Shown here: piece by piece, positions 40,583 through 55,711 of the stretch
Numbering within the stretch: the stretch's first letter is position 1
How the letters are laid out: the number at the start of each line of letters is the position of its first letter
Origin: Octopus sinensis
Taxonomy: Eukaryota
Direction of reading: 5' to 3'
Assembly (NCBI RefSeq): GCF_006345805.1
Contig: NC_043015.1
Coordinates: 11,098,001 to 11,162,000 of the forward strand
DNA length: 64,000 nucleotides
Notes under the pieces: generated by a model
What the model was told of the DNA's origin: nothing
The model's input: the letters and a program-made list of their open reading frames with translations, nothing else
Database searches by the model: none
Position numbers and translations under genes: made by a program

Positions 40583-41249
40583 CATAGATAGATAGATAGA
40601 TACATACATACATACATACATACATACATACATACATACATACATACATACGTGTAATATTCCTGGGTTAGAAAACCTATACTGCTAGAAATAAGAGCTA
40701 ATAGGCTATATTTCTGCTGTCAAACCACGTATAATTGTATAGGGACCGTGGATGGCTGGAAATTGGCCACCGTGATATTACAGTGGTCTATTTCTGGCCA
40801 TCTGCGGTCCCTGCCGGCGTGCATCTATGCAATTATATGTGAGTTGACAGCAGCAACAGATCCCTGCACCTATTATCTGCAGCTATGTAGGTGTTCTAAC
40901 ACCCTCAGTCATAGATAATATCATATATTCTTTTACTTTTCGGTGAAACTCTGACATTTAGCTGCGTCATTTAAGTATTTATATAGAAATATATGCACAT
41001 TCATATATGCATATATATATATATATATATATGCATGTATGTATACATACTTATATGTATGTATATATATGTATATATATATATAGAGAGAGAGAGAGAA
41101 AAAGACAGAAACAGAGAGAGACTGAGAGAAAAGATGAAAAAGCATAGAAGATGTGTTTTACAGGATTTAAGTGTATATTAGAGCGATGATAATGAAGATA
41201 TACAATTTTGTACAAAATAAGGCTTTGTTCTTTCAACATAATTGAAATA

Positions 41250-41860
41250 AAGACTGGTTTTGCATTGCTCATTAAACTGAGTGTTAAAAGAAATAATTTA
41301 TTACGGGGGAAAAATATTGATGTGGGAGGTAATTGGTCACTCATTTTGCAGTAAATGGAGGTAAATGTGCACTTGTTTTATTTTTTTCCTGTTCACTGCT
41401 TTATTCTGGTTTACATATTCCATTGGATTGGGTAAGTCCTTTATTTTTAATATGGGCTCATATTTAATTCTGGTTTATATTTTTGGATAAATGAGGCCTC
41501 TTTTTTCAGTCTTGCTTGTCTTGAGATCAAGAAGGCAAATTGATAAAATGTGAAAATTTCTAATTGTAGTTGTAATTGTTCTGCACATTCGTCAATGTGG
41601 TGATTGGGGTATATTTGGCAATATTGTGGGGAGAAAATTTGTTGTCTGTGGACAGTACATCTCTTAAGGAACAAATTTCCTGTTGTGCTAATAAAATTTC
41701 CATGGTAGGCCGGGCATCTGATTACATAAATGAGGTTTTGGGAGATGCAACTAAAGTTAGATTTGATTTGCGAATATTTGTCCTTGTCTGAAATGGAATT
41801 CCGAACCTTCCAACATATTGGGACATGTTCTGCAATTAGGGCGACCATACTTCACGACTC
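41250..41860 (-). mobile_element. Penelope-like GIY-YIG endonuclease fragment plus decayed 3' pLTR
   Basis: Translation gives GRPNCRTCP, FSCISQNLIYVIRCP..GNFISTTG...KRCTVHRQQI and RLKKEASFIQKYKPELN. A decayed HHR-like motif lies at ~41250-41285. Confidence 0.8.
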
Positions 41861-41864
41861 TTGC

Positions 41865-42030
41865 GTCCGTTGTTCTAGAGAAAAGTTTGGCATTGGTTCG
41901 GCAAAAGAGACCGATAGAATAAGTACTAGGCTTACAAAGAATAAGTCCTAGAGTCGACTTGATCGACCAAAGGTGGTGCTCCAACTTGGCCGCCGTCAAA
42001 TAACTGAAACAAATAAACGAATAATAAAAG
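41865..42030 (+). mobile_element. 3' half of SINE family A
   Basis: Contains GGTTCGGCAAAAGAGACCGATAGAATAAGTACTAGGCTTAC...GTCAAATAACTGAAAC. Confidence 0.8.
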
Positions 42031-45000
42031 AATATTAATATACATATGTGTGTATACGCGCGCGTGTGTGTGTGTATATATATATATAGATATTTATGTG
42101 TATATGCGACTGTATTTTACACGTGTGTATGTGCGTGCGTGTGTGTTATCTGGTTTTACACGTACGTGCGTATCTTGATCTATGTACGAATCTATGCACA
42201 TATGTATATATATATATATATGTTTTGTGTATGCTGATTTGTGTATATATATATGCACATATGTACATTCGTATGGGTACGTATGCGTGTGTAACTAGAT
42301 GTATGTATATGTATATACACGTGTATGTGCGTGTGTTTGTATATCTGCTGCAGTATTTTTCATTTTATGGTTGGCAAGAATACTTTTGTTGTGTCTGGGG
42401 AAAGTCATTTTCTGTTTGCATCTTATAATTTAACTCACTCACCGGTAAAATTTCCACTTATTTCTTATTTTTATTTTCCTAAAATTTTCGTTGCGTCTTG
42501 AAACATTTTCAATAGTCTTGAATACTGTCGTTTACTTGAAAGTAATGTAGAATCAGCTGGCAATGTGTTTTCCCCCAGCAACACGCTGCAGTTGATATTG
42601 AAACCAAGAACGAACGAACAAGGGAGAGAGAGAAGTACAGAAGTCGAGACAGTGAGAGGGAGACAAAGATAAAATCAGAGAGAGATGTAGGAGAAATGAG
42701 CAGAATTAACCCCAATTCTAAAACGACACTACGCAAAATTACCGCAGTGCATTTACGCAGCGTATTATTTTGCAAATCGACCATCTTATTAAGATAGAAA
42801 GTGTGTCACGTCACGAATAACTTTTCTTCTTTAGCAAATTAAAGTCAAAGCCTTGCCAGAAATACTAGATAAATCTACAATTCACGAGAGAATTCAGAAG
42901 GTTTTGCTTTGTCTGATCTTATGTTAAAAAAGTTTATGTTTATTTAATGATTTTCGTAAAGATGCAAGGAACATTCATCAGCTGATTAATATTATTAATT
43001 AAATATCAGTTATTTATCTAATAACTCTTGAAAACTTTTTGATTTTTTTTGTTTCGTTACAAATAACAATGTTAGTATCAGCAAGATAAATCTTTTGGAG
43101 AAAAAACAAAGTCATCACGTTTTCTAAATTTTAGCTGTTCTTTTTTTTGAGTTATTTATTTATTTCAAGAGGGAATTTCGTGTTCGTCGACATTTATGTT
43201 GCTGCATCTACCATCTTTACTGATTTGTTCTTTAAATAGTGATGAATAAATCACTGTCTCTGATTTTGTTTTATTAACAAAATGATAGTTTGTTATTAAA
43301 TGAAAGTGCTCAATGTTTAATATATCACGTAGCGTTTCAACGAGCTGTCTAAATATAACGTTTTCATTGCATTTCCTTACGGTATGTCACGTTGTCTATA
43401 GACGTCAATCCCGACTAGATAACCTGGAGTGGGGTCTTCTACAGGATAGCTCGGCTTGCCAGATATAAGTTTCAAACATACTTCAAACCGTTTTGAAGAA
43501 AGAGTGCATTAGATAATGTTATGTGAGGTATTTCAAAGCAAGAAAGCTACCAGTAATGTCAGTGAATTGGATGAAACACTTAGTGGAATTTTTCCGGTTC
43601 TTTAGGCTCTAAGACCAAATTCCACTGACTTTGCTTTCATCATTTCCGCTTCAATAAAATAATGACCAGTGGAGAGCTAGGTTGATGTAATTGACTACCC
43701 AACAATCTACTCCAGAATTTTTGGCCTCGTAACAAAATTTGAAAATTTCCGGTGACATTATGCCTGAAGAAATGTATGAGCTATTTATTGCGACAATAAT
43801 TTTTATTAGAGGGTTGCTCTTTCAGTCATAACTTGGGCCCAATAACAACATAACAATGGATAACGGATTTGCCAGGTTCTCATAAAAATAACTGATTTGC
43901 GAACAGTGTTAATCCAGTGAACTTGTCTCTTTCAACTATTTAAACTACACTCAACTAGAGGCAACATCGACGATTTCTCTGTCTTACAAGAAATTAATAC
44001 CAAATCCCCTCAAAGCACGCCGTAATCTTTTAAGCAATGAAGAGGCATTCCACAAAGTTTCAAGATTTATGAAAAAAAATTAATTTGGATGATGGTAAGC
44101 GTCTGTCTTCTCACATCTCACGAAGAGGCTTAACAAGAATATAGACAAATAACGCTGTTTTCAATAAACCTTATCGTCATTGTAAATAATAGTTACAACT
44201 TATCCATACTTATTTTGTTCATAATATTGTACTGAAACAGTTTGAATCCAGTGTAGTTTCAGTTATGTTTAGAACAGGAACTTCCATTGGGTGATAATTT
44301 CTAAATGATATTTGATCAGGTGTCACAGTCTTTTGCTTGGCTTTTTGACTGAGAAATCATGATCAAATATTTTCAGTTATTTCCACAAATAAACATAAAC
44401 AAAAGCATAATGCTGCGTCATTGATTTTAATTCTGATAAATTTGAATAAAATTTCAAAACCTAATCAGGAATTGTGAGGATCTCTTAACACAATGTACTA
44501 TGCTGAATACAATATTTTCTATACATTGAATTTTAACTCTCATTGACAGGAAACATCGTGAGAGTTATTGAAATTTACTCTGTAAAGAAGAGAACCACTA
44601 AATCTCAAATAACCAAAAATTAAATGGAAAGAAAATAACTTGATGTCTGCAGCAGTTTTGTTTTATAGTTATAGTAACAATTCGAAGCAGTGCTATTATA
44701 CGATCCCAGTAAATTATAGCCAGCATTCAGTTGAGAGACCACTGAAGGTCAACTGTGAAATAACACACGGATTAGACATTTTGAAATATTACTTTCTGCT
44801 ATACGAGCGAGGACTGAATATTTTTTAGTGGCGAGAGAGGGTCGATTACATCGATCGTAGTTCTCACCTGATATTTATTTTTATGACTCCAGAGAGATGA
44901 GGGAAAAGTCAACCTTGGCAGAATTTGAACTGGGAAAGTAAAAACAGAAGAAGTATTTGGCGCCAATTCGTCTTTGCCAGCTCACCGCTTTTATGCAATT

Positions 45001-46586
45001 TAAAATAACAAGATCGGAAAACCTTCCAATGTTAAATTCTGCTCGATGAGCATGTAGATAAAGACAGGCTGAGTAGTTATTAACAACTTGAAATTTTTTC
45101 TCATCACATGGAAAGATGTCATTAGAGTGACTAGTCTCAATTTTGCAGTCCTTCAGGATTAATGTTTAGTATTTCAATTATTCGATCAACTGAACTGCCT
45201 ATCATTGGATTGTTTTGTAGATGACTGAGTATGTTAGGGATACATGCAGCCTTAATGAAATTCTCGGACAGTATCAGTACAGGAGTGTCTCTGACAAAGC
45301 TAGCTAGATGAAAGTATATGAAATTGATACTACAGAATTTAATTTTCCCTCTACCAAATTTTACTCACCGTTGTTTAGTGGACAGAAAGTTACAAGACAG
45401 AGAGAGTTATCCCAGATACCATGCTATGGAATTGAACTCGGAATTTCATTATTCTTAAGGGGCACGTGCGCATACGTTTATTAAATGTCTTTGCTTATGA
45501 TGCATTTATAATATATAAATACGTGTGAGAGAGGGAGAATGAGTGTGTGAATGTATGTGTGTGTGTGTGTGAGTGTGTGTATGTCTGCGCGTGTGTGCGT
45601 GTGTGTTTCAGTACCAAATATTGAAGATATGAAGATAACTAAGTATGAAACACTCAAATAGACGACATATCACGTAAGTAACACGCATTGGATCATGAAT
45701 GAGATTGGTCTTCAAACGTTTCATTCGTGATAATTAGGAATGCTATGATATTATGGATTTTATGTGAACATTCGCTTGTGGTTAGATAGTCAATAAACTC
45801 TCCTACTACTTTAGGCAATGAGAATTTATCAATAAAAGATCTACAAAATATAAATGGAATGTGGTCATACATATTAAGCTTTGCTCTAAACAAATGTTTG
45901 GGTAAACAAAATCTAACTTAAAGAGTTATATTATGTGTAGTTCTGCATTTGACAGATAGGTGTTTTTCATTCCAAGCGAAACCAATCAATCAAGTCTTAT
46001 TGATCAGTCTGATGATTAGAATTACAGATTTATTTGGCAGTATGAATGTGTAAATCGCGATAGGGGTTTATATTACTAATGTAATATCGAAAATATCTAA
46101 AAGATTTAGATACCACAAAATGAAGAAAGAATAATAAATAAATCTATAAAGCAGATTTGATAAAATCTTGTCATGAAGATTTATATCCTTTCCAACTTAA
46201 CCAGACATAACATTATTAAAACTTTAATCGTAAGTTTGCTAAAGGAAATGAAGTCTAGTTGAAAAGCAAGACAGTTTATCGTTTCACTACTTAGCTATAC
46301 TATCTATGATGTCTATATTCATAAAATATCTAAAATTTAGAAGTTTTGTATGTCATAAAATATTGCGTATACGCATTTCTAATCTTACATTAGTTTCGTC
46401 TACATAGCTTCTTAATATCGCTGCATGCACGTTTTTGTTTACAATTAACAATAAAGCGAGGAATAAACCGCTGTCTAATGACGATGTAGTACTCGACATA
46501 ACACTGCTGAACATTCTGACAATGCCCCGTTTGCTAACCTAACTTAGATCTGCATTTAAGTAAATCAGATCGCCAAGTGTGTCTTA

Positions 46587-47013
46587 AAATACCTATTTCT
46601 TTATTATCCACAAGGTGCTAAACATAGAGGGGACAAGCAAGGACAGACATAGGTATTAAGTCGATTATATCGACCCCAGTGCATAAGTGGTACTTAATTT
46701 ATCGACCCTGAAAGGATGAAAGGCAAAGTCGACCTCGGCGGAATTTGAACTCACAACGTAACGGCAGCCGAAATACCTATTTCTATTTCTTTGTTACCCA
46801 CAAGGGGCTAAACACAGAGGGGACAAACAAGGACAGACATAGGTATTAAGTCGATTACATCGACCCCAGTGCATAAGTGGCACTTAATTTATCGACCCCG
46901 AAAGGATGAAAGGCAAAGTCGACCTCGGCGGAATTTGAACTCACAACGTAACGGCAGCCGAAATACCGCGAAGCATTTCGCCGGCGCGCTAACGTTTCTG
47001 CCAGCTCGCCACC
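46587..47013 (-). mobile_element. tRNA-derived SINE (family B) with a 190-bp tandem duplication
   Basis: One full copy plus one 5'-truncated copy, joined at GAAATAC. Matches 55232-55463. Confidence 0.9.
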
Positions 47014-48789
47014 CTTAAAAATACCATAATATTTGTGTTGGGTCGATTTATGTGGAATCATGAAAACGTTACTGGCGCAGCCGAGTTATTTATTTATTGT
47101 TTAATAGCATTGACACTCTGCATATAAAATTATTAACAACAACATATATAATCTGTCCAGTATGTATCAAATATTTAAAAAGTAGGATCTGTAGCTGATG
47201 GTCTGTGCTCTACTCCGCTTTCAAAGTCTTAACATTAGTATTTCTCTGCTAAACAGCTTCAAATGTCTTTCTTTATCTGAAGAATTTCGGATCTGTAACT
47301 TTAGAAGATTAAAAATGTTTTGTTTTTTTTTTTTTTTTTTCAGTATTTTAACAGGAGAGCTGGAAGGTTATTTTCTTTTCATGACGTATTTCCATTAGAA
47401 ATCTAATCCATTCGACTATTTCTTGTCTAATGTCTGTATATGTTTACGGAGACATACGTGTATGCATGTAGGTAGGTTGAATTCTATGCGAATACATACG
47501 TAAATGTATCGTTTTATGGCGTATGTGCATAAATGACAATGCGTATATATTGTTAGTTACTTGAAAGAGATAGTTACCTACACATATCCTTTAAAATATA
47601 GAGAATATCTTATGGAACTATACTGGAAGATTTTTTTTTTCATTTTGCTGTATTTCACCTTATGAAATATATATTTTCCGTGAATATTTGTATCGATTGT
47701 ACTTTGTCTCCCATCGCCACCATCCCTCTACTAACATCCAGCTCCATCCTCTTTACTGATCACATCATCATTTGTGTGCTGTACATAGGACAATTGCTAT
47801 TTGTAACACAATTCACTAATTTTTATCACTCATATCATCATTCACTAGATGTCTTACTCATTCACACGTTCTCGGCATTCTCCTACACGTTTTCACCTAC
47901 TCACTTGTAATTCATACGTTCATTTCAAGTTTTTCACATTTACTCATTACAGCTCCAATTGAAACACCAATTTTGATTAGTCAAATGAACCAGGCCAGAA
48001 ACGTTAGATTCCACATTATTCAAGTCATTTAATCTTATATAACGTATATAACTGTTCTAGCCTGTCAGTCTTAATTTTTGCCAACGCAGACAATCACAAG
48101 TTTCCTGGGGTATTTTTATTTCATTTTATGTCATTGCACGGAGAGATTTATTATTTGGAGGGTTAATTATTTTGTTTGTTTTTCGTTGTTATATTGGGCG
48201 GGATGCTGCCTAGAAAAGAAATATTTGTTTTCGTATTCCAGGACACATCAATAGCATTCCGATTTGGAGATTATGACAACAGCAAAGTTTTTAGCGGAGT
48301 GTGTTAAGCTATTTTTAAAATTGATAATATATGTATATACACATATATGTGTGGGCATGCATACATAGGCCCGAATGTCTGTGTGTGTGTGAATGCATAT
48401 ATATATATATGATATGCATTTATTATTTTATTTGTTTCACAAATTTGACTGCGGCCATATTTTTTATACATGTGCGTATATAGACGTGTGTACGAACCTT
48501 TTTTTTTGTGCGTGTGAGTGTGTGTGCATCTATGCGGTTATGTATATATTCTTTTGGCAAATGTGTCGGTGAGCATGTGTATGTTTCAAGTATGGGTGGA
48601 TGAGTATATACATATATCCGGATAACTGAAGAGATGGCGGCATGGGTTTCCGACTCAACATCCAAAACTCGGATTTTTATCATGGCTACCAAATAATTGC
48701 CACATATATTTACAGATAAATTCCTCTATATACATAATATCGAAATCTTTTTCATTCTTTTGTTGTCTATATACATGACAGAGACACAG

Positions 48790-48892
<103 letters not shown>

Positions 48893-48983
48893 TGTACACA
48901 CATATATATATATATACATATATATATACATACGTAATACATACATACAGACACATACACACACACACACACATATATATACA

Positions 48984-49015
<32 letters not shown>

Positions 49016-49794
49016 CGAATTTCTTCATTTGTTTTACATCCAACAAGAAAGATATCTACACTAAGTTTATAGTTGAAAATGACTGTGTCTCTGCTTGTAT
49101 ATATATATATATATATGTATGAGAGTGTATGAATTGGTGTACGTGAGTTTCTAGTTATTTATATGAGAAAGATATATGCTTATGCATATATATTTTGCAT
49201 ATACTTGTGAGATATATGTACCCATTTATGTATATACGTAAATTATCCTTTCTATATCTTTCGAATAAATATCTAAGTGTCTTAGTAAATGTGCATATAC
49301 ACAACAATGTGAATTAGTATAGAGATAAACGTCTGAATTGATGTATGTCAAATAAATAGGCTAGTCATCATAAAACTGTCAACTGAACCCAGCGCAGATG
49401 TAAATATCTAGACCAGTTATATAAAGAGATACATATCTTCTACTGACAATAAATTCTTAAACTGCCTTACACACGTAAGCACTAGCTGAAGTACAACTTA
49501 ATCCCATTTGGTAATCGAAATATTATTTTTTCAGTAAAATCTATTTTTTATTCTCTTGTTATATAAGCAATGGAAGCTAACATAATGCATTCTGAACATA
49601 CTGATGCTGAAGTAAAGATATGATGAATATATCTGGTTTAAACAGTATATTTTTCTCTATGCTTGTGTCTTAGTGGTTTAGGCATTCAGCTAACGATTGT
49701 AGGTTCGCTAGTTCTATACCAGGCGGCTGTCTACGTTTTTCAGCAGGACGCTTATTTCACGTAGACCCAGTCCGTTCAGTATAAAAAATTTATA

Positions 49795-50015
49795 CTCTCT
49801 TACTTGTTTCATTCATTTGACTTTGGCCATGCTGGAGCACCACCTTCAGTCGAGCAAATCGACCCTAGGACTTATTCTTTGTAGGCTTAGTACTTATTTT
49901 ATCGGTCTCTTTTGCCGAACCTCTAAGTTACAGAGATGCAAACACACCAGCATCGGTTGTCAAGCGATGCTGGAAGGACAGACACAGACACATAAACATA
50001 TACGCACATATACAT

Positions 50016-50072
<57 letters not shown>

Positions 50073-50205
50073 TGCGACGTGCTTCTTTCGGTTTCTGTCT
50101 ACCAAATCCACTCACAAGACTTTGGTCGGCCCGAGGCTACAGTAGAAGGCCACACAGTGGGACTGAACCCGGAACCATGTGGTTGGTAAGCACGTTCCTT
50201 ACCCG
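49795..50205 (-). mobile_element. tRNA-derived SINE (family A)
   Basis: Reverse-complement match to 57650-58088. Confidence 0.85.
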
Positions 50206-51959
50206 TTGAATGTACATATTTAGGTGTATGTGCCTTCATGTCTGTGTTTCTCTCCCCACTTCGCCACCCGTTCTTAATGTGTTTACGCCTCCGTGATTTA
50301 GCAGTTTTGGCAAAAAAAGTCTAATAGAATAAGTGCTGGGCGTGCAAGAATAAGTACACAAAATAAAGTTTGTTGCACATATTCCAGTGCCTATCTTTCT
50401 TTCTTTCGTTCTTCTTTCCTTACGAGAAGTATCCTTTCTCTCCCTATTCGTTACTTGTATAGCGTCATTTACAATATGCATTTTGAATCCACTGTTTGAT
50501 TTAAGGTTTTCTTCGATTTTTATAATAGGATGAATTTATATTGAATTCATATATTTTGTTTATTTTGTTCATTGCATGCTTAAGACCGTTAATTGAAAGG
50601 ACCATTGAAACAAATCCATTTTCAAAGGTGTATCTTTTAACTAGTTTTGATCATATCGTTATTTCTGTTCTATTTTAACAATACTGTCCGACGAACGGGA
50701 ACGTGAAACTCTGAGTAACAGCTTTTGTTATATTCCTGCTGCTTTTAAATAAAGCATATTACTCTACCACTGGTATTTGAGTACACTTATTTCCACCTTG
50801 TTTCACATATATGTGCTTACTCCGGTATATATTATTTTCATCGCGACACTCCACCTGCAGGAGGACTGCTTCACCGACATGGGCCGCCGACCATCACAGT
50901 GAACGCCAGGTCTTGGCCAGTTCCAAGCAGTCGATCGTTTTGCGGGCGCCTGCGAGCGCGCTGCGGAACAGTTTAACTTTTCCAGGCGTCCCCGTTATCT
51001 GAACATCACCCCAGCCGAACTATGCCAGCCCGTCGCATTTAACAAGAAAAAGAAGAAAAAGAAGAAGAAGAAGAAGAAGAAGAACGTATGTGAATGTGTG
51101 TGTGAGTGCGCGCTCTGTGAGGAACTTTTATTCGTTTTCTTATGTCACAAAATGGAAGCTGGCGTGATATATTGTAATAATAAATTATTGTAATAAAATA
51201 AGAGATAAAGTGACACTAGTGGGGCGGTTTTAGTAAATATTGATTACCATTATTAGCATGATTTATTTGTCTTTCTACTACAAAGACAAGGCTTGACATT
51301 TGAGTGAATCAAGATAGTCCATGATGAACTGGTACAGTGATGAATTGGTACTAATTTCTTCGATCCCGAAGGATACATTCCAAAGTCGGCCTCGGCGAAA
51401 TTTGAACACAGAACGTAAAGTCGAACAGATTCTGACACTAAAAGTAATGATATTTTGCTAAACACTGATTCATAGCAATACCATATGAACGGACAAGATA
51501 TAGTCAAAGTCTTGACTCATTCGTTGATGATCTAGCACTTGAGACATATAGTACAAAATAGATATAAATAGCAACCAAATTTTTAAAAATTATAACATTA
51601 AATCCCATATGTTGCAAGGCAACTACTCTCCTACTCTGTCTTAGTCGGCCATTTTCCTCGAACGAAAATTATTAATTATATCATAACTTATGATGAGTTC
51701 TACTTGCCATCAAAAGAACTACTTCATGTAAATATGCAAATTTTATATCTAACAGTTTTATGTTAATGAACATATGGTGGAGAGCTTAGTGTAAAAACGT
51801 AAAACACTGAAATTCAATTTAGAATCCTTTAACTGTCTCTCTTAAAATTCAACTGAAAACGTGACTCTAATATGACTTGAAAAACAACGATTGAAGTGTC
51901 AGCAATCAGTCAAGTAAACAATGTGAATTATAACAAAGAAAAAAACGGATGCATAATAT

Positions 51960-52555
<596 letters not shown>

Positions 52556-53229
52556 AAATTAAAATAAAGACTAGACAAATATTTTCGAACGATTCCAGTC
52601 TGTGTCTTCGTATATGACAAAGCTGATTTAACATCTGTTGAGATGTTATCGTATAATTTAACGTAAAATTCTGTTTAAAGTGGTGAGAATTTTACAGAGA
52701 GTTATCATCTCTTCTCAGATTAAAAAAATAAAAACAGTGAAAAAAAAATAGACTAAAATGCAATAAATATGATATTGTCGTGTTAACGAATAACCAGTCA
52801 GTGGAGTCTGTAATATAGTTTCAACTTCCCAAAATTCAATTAACTTTATTTTCTAGTATCTCGGATGTTATACTAACTTAACTGATGAGATAATAATTCG
52901 ATACGTATTACCAGAAATGTGTTCTTGTTATAAAGCTACAAGAAAGATTAAAACAACTGTTAATGCTGTGCCGTATGGTTTAGTTATGTCGCGATTTCAA
53001 TGTGTATTATCTCCAGGAATAATGGAATCAAGAAAGCCATTTATTACAGGTTTCAATCAAAGGACTACGTCAGTTCTGGGAATTACAGAATTACAGTATA
53101 TTTGATCATAATTGTTTTTCTGATGTCTACGTTGTACTCCTTAAGTTCCGTGGAAAGTATATACAATTTACACCGAATACTATAAATTACAGCAGGACGC
53201 AAACACGCATAAAAACATTTATATATAAA

Positions 53230-53599
53230 ACTAGCAGTATCGGCGTTGCTCGGGTTTGTAAGGGAAATAATTATATAAGCATTTTTAGAGAGCTATAGCC
53301 AAAAAATAGAAAAAAATTGATGGTAAATTTTTTTAAATCGTTGACTCATAGTAGACATTTTTAGAGAGTTTCTTCCCCTATATAATAGCGAAAAATGTAT
53401 TAAAATGGAAAAAAATGATGGTAATTTTTTTTTTAATCGTAGACTCATCGTAGACGCGCGCTAATACCCAGAAGGGCTCGATATTAATCACGACTATAAG
53501 ATACCCGCTTTTGGTTAAACTGCACCGCAAAATGTGGAAGTAGTTAGGAATCTAAATCGTAGGAGACAGACACACAACTTGACTTTTATATATAAAGAT
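53230..53599 (+). mobile_element. Non-autonomous Helitron-like element, second copy
   Basis: Starts ACTAGCAGTATCGGCGTTGCTCGGGTTTGTAAGGGAAATAA and ends TTTTATATATAAAGAT. Has an internal duplicated segment. Confidence 0.55.
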
Positions 53600-53858
53600 A
53601 AGTGCAACTTGGACTAAGAGTTAAGTAGTTTGCTTCGCTGCCGAGAGGCCGCGTGTTCAATACGTTTATGTGCCATCACGGCCATATGACATTCTCTACA
53701 GCTTGCGTTCGTGACTTTTGGAAATGATTCTAATCAGATAGAGAGAAAACACAGAGAAGACCAAGGATATGGTGTCCTCTATTGCATAAAATACGGTTTA
53801 CTTACGTCGCTGATTTTGCTTCTGACTTACGTTAATAACACACGTGTGTGTGTGTGTA

Positions 53859-53935
<77 letters not shown>

Positions 53936-55102
53936 TGTGTATTAGTGTGTGATATATACAGCAACTAATAATTTCTTGCCCTGTTGATTCAACAACTGAA
54001 TACTCATTGTCGAACGACGAGTATCCACATGTATGCTCTGATATATTTTCATGTATGTATGTCAGGACAGCGCAATTGTTTTGTCTCGGGGACCAATTTG
54101 AGAGGGCTGTGGTTAGTGAAGGGCCGTACCTTCTATAAATGACCGTATTCGTTATTTAACATTACATTTCATTTAATGTGAAGTGTAAATGTAAATTACA
54201 TAACAATAATAATAAATAAATAAAACTAAATCAATAGAGGTACGCAGAAAAGTTTTCATTAAATTTACTTATGTGCAAATTACACATCATAATGAGACAA
54301 ATGTAATCTGTCACACTTATTTACAATTCTTTTGAAATCAGGTTCTTTGTTTAGATACTCATCATTACCTGGAAGGTTATGTCAGCCACAAAGAAATTAT
54401 TTTTACTCTTGGTGAGTTTCCTGCAAGAAAAACTTTCCTCGCGAATACATATGGATCCAAAAATAGAATAGTTTTCCAACAAATTTCTTTACACATGGAA
54501 ATTTATCAATGTCATAGCCTCTTATTTCTCCGCCTTACCAAAAGTACTTAGTACTACCAAACCTTTGGATACTAACCTGTCAGCCTCTACCCACTCCCTA
54601 TTCACATCCTTCTATTCAGTTTCGTACATCTCTGCATACCATGGTACCCCTTACAATATCAATCCAATACTTTTGTTCCACTAACAACTACTATATTGAC
54701 GATCAACTTACTCCCACCCTATCAACCCCTCTATCTTCTCTCATACCTTTCTTCATATCTTAGTAATCTCCTTCAGCTACTGAATCAGTCAACATCTTTC
54801 CCTCAAATAAACACCATTCCCTTTCTATTTTAATCATTAATTATATACCTTTCATACGATTTACTCAACAGACTACCATTCACACACTACATAGACCACC
54901 ATCCTACCTTCCACCTCTACTACTATAACTCCCTAATAGCCTACTTACTAACTCCTAATCTTTGAAATTTAATGTTTCTTCTTATCAATCTCCATCCGAA
55001 TACCTCCCCAATTTTCTCCCCCCACACCTTTAATCCAAGCTCTCCACAAAATCATTCCATCTATGACCTTCTTTCTTTCAATACCTCCAAAGTAAGAACT
55101 CT

Positions 55103-55192
55103 TCCCTGAAGACGGAGGCTCGTCTGACCCGACCATTGAATCAATCTACAAATATTATTTGGGACCACCGAGACCCAGAAACAGCTGTTGGA
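55103..55192 (+). ncRNA. Degenerate HHR motif with extended helix II
   Basis: Reads TCC-CTGAAGA-[65 nt, partly GGCTCG/CGAGACC pairing]-GAA-ACAG|CTGT-T-GGA. Confidence 0.45.
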
Positions 55193-55231
55193 TTTGTAAT
55201 AATTTTCTTCAAACCCTTTAATTCTCAATAT

Positions 55232-55463
55232 CTATTTCTGTACTACCCACAAAGGGGCTAAACACAGAGGGGACAAACAAGGACAGACATAGGTATTAAG
55301 TCGATTACATCGACCTCAGTGCGTAACTGGTACTTAATTTATCGACCCCGAAAGGATGAAAGGCAAAGTCGACCTCGGCGGAATTTGAACTCAGAACGTA
55401 ACGGCAGACGAAATACGGCTACGCATTTCGCCCGGCGTACTAACGTTTCTGCTAACTCGCCGT
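55232..55463 (-). mobile_element. tRNA-derived SINE (family B), full length
   Basis: Head GGCGAGTTAGCAGAAACGTTAG...GTTCTGAGTTCAAATTCCGCCGAGG; matches the 46775-47013 copy. Confidence 0.9.
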
Positions 55464-55711
55464 TAATTCTCAATATCATTTCTGTTCAGTGTTAAGTCGG
55501 ATCTTTTTGTATGTAAGCGTATAAACATTTTTTTTTCCTTTTCGTGTATTTAATATACTTCATGCATTTAGTTTACTTTATAAATTGATCTGTCTAACTT
55601 GCTTATACCTACATTTACTTATCTACCCATCTAAATCTAAATCACTTGAGCATTACTAAGTGTATTCTATACGGAGAATATCTGATTGCTACTCATCTGT
55701 GAACTGTCAGT

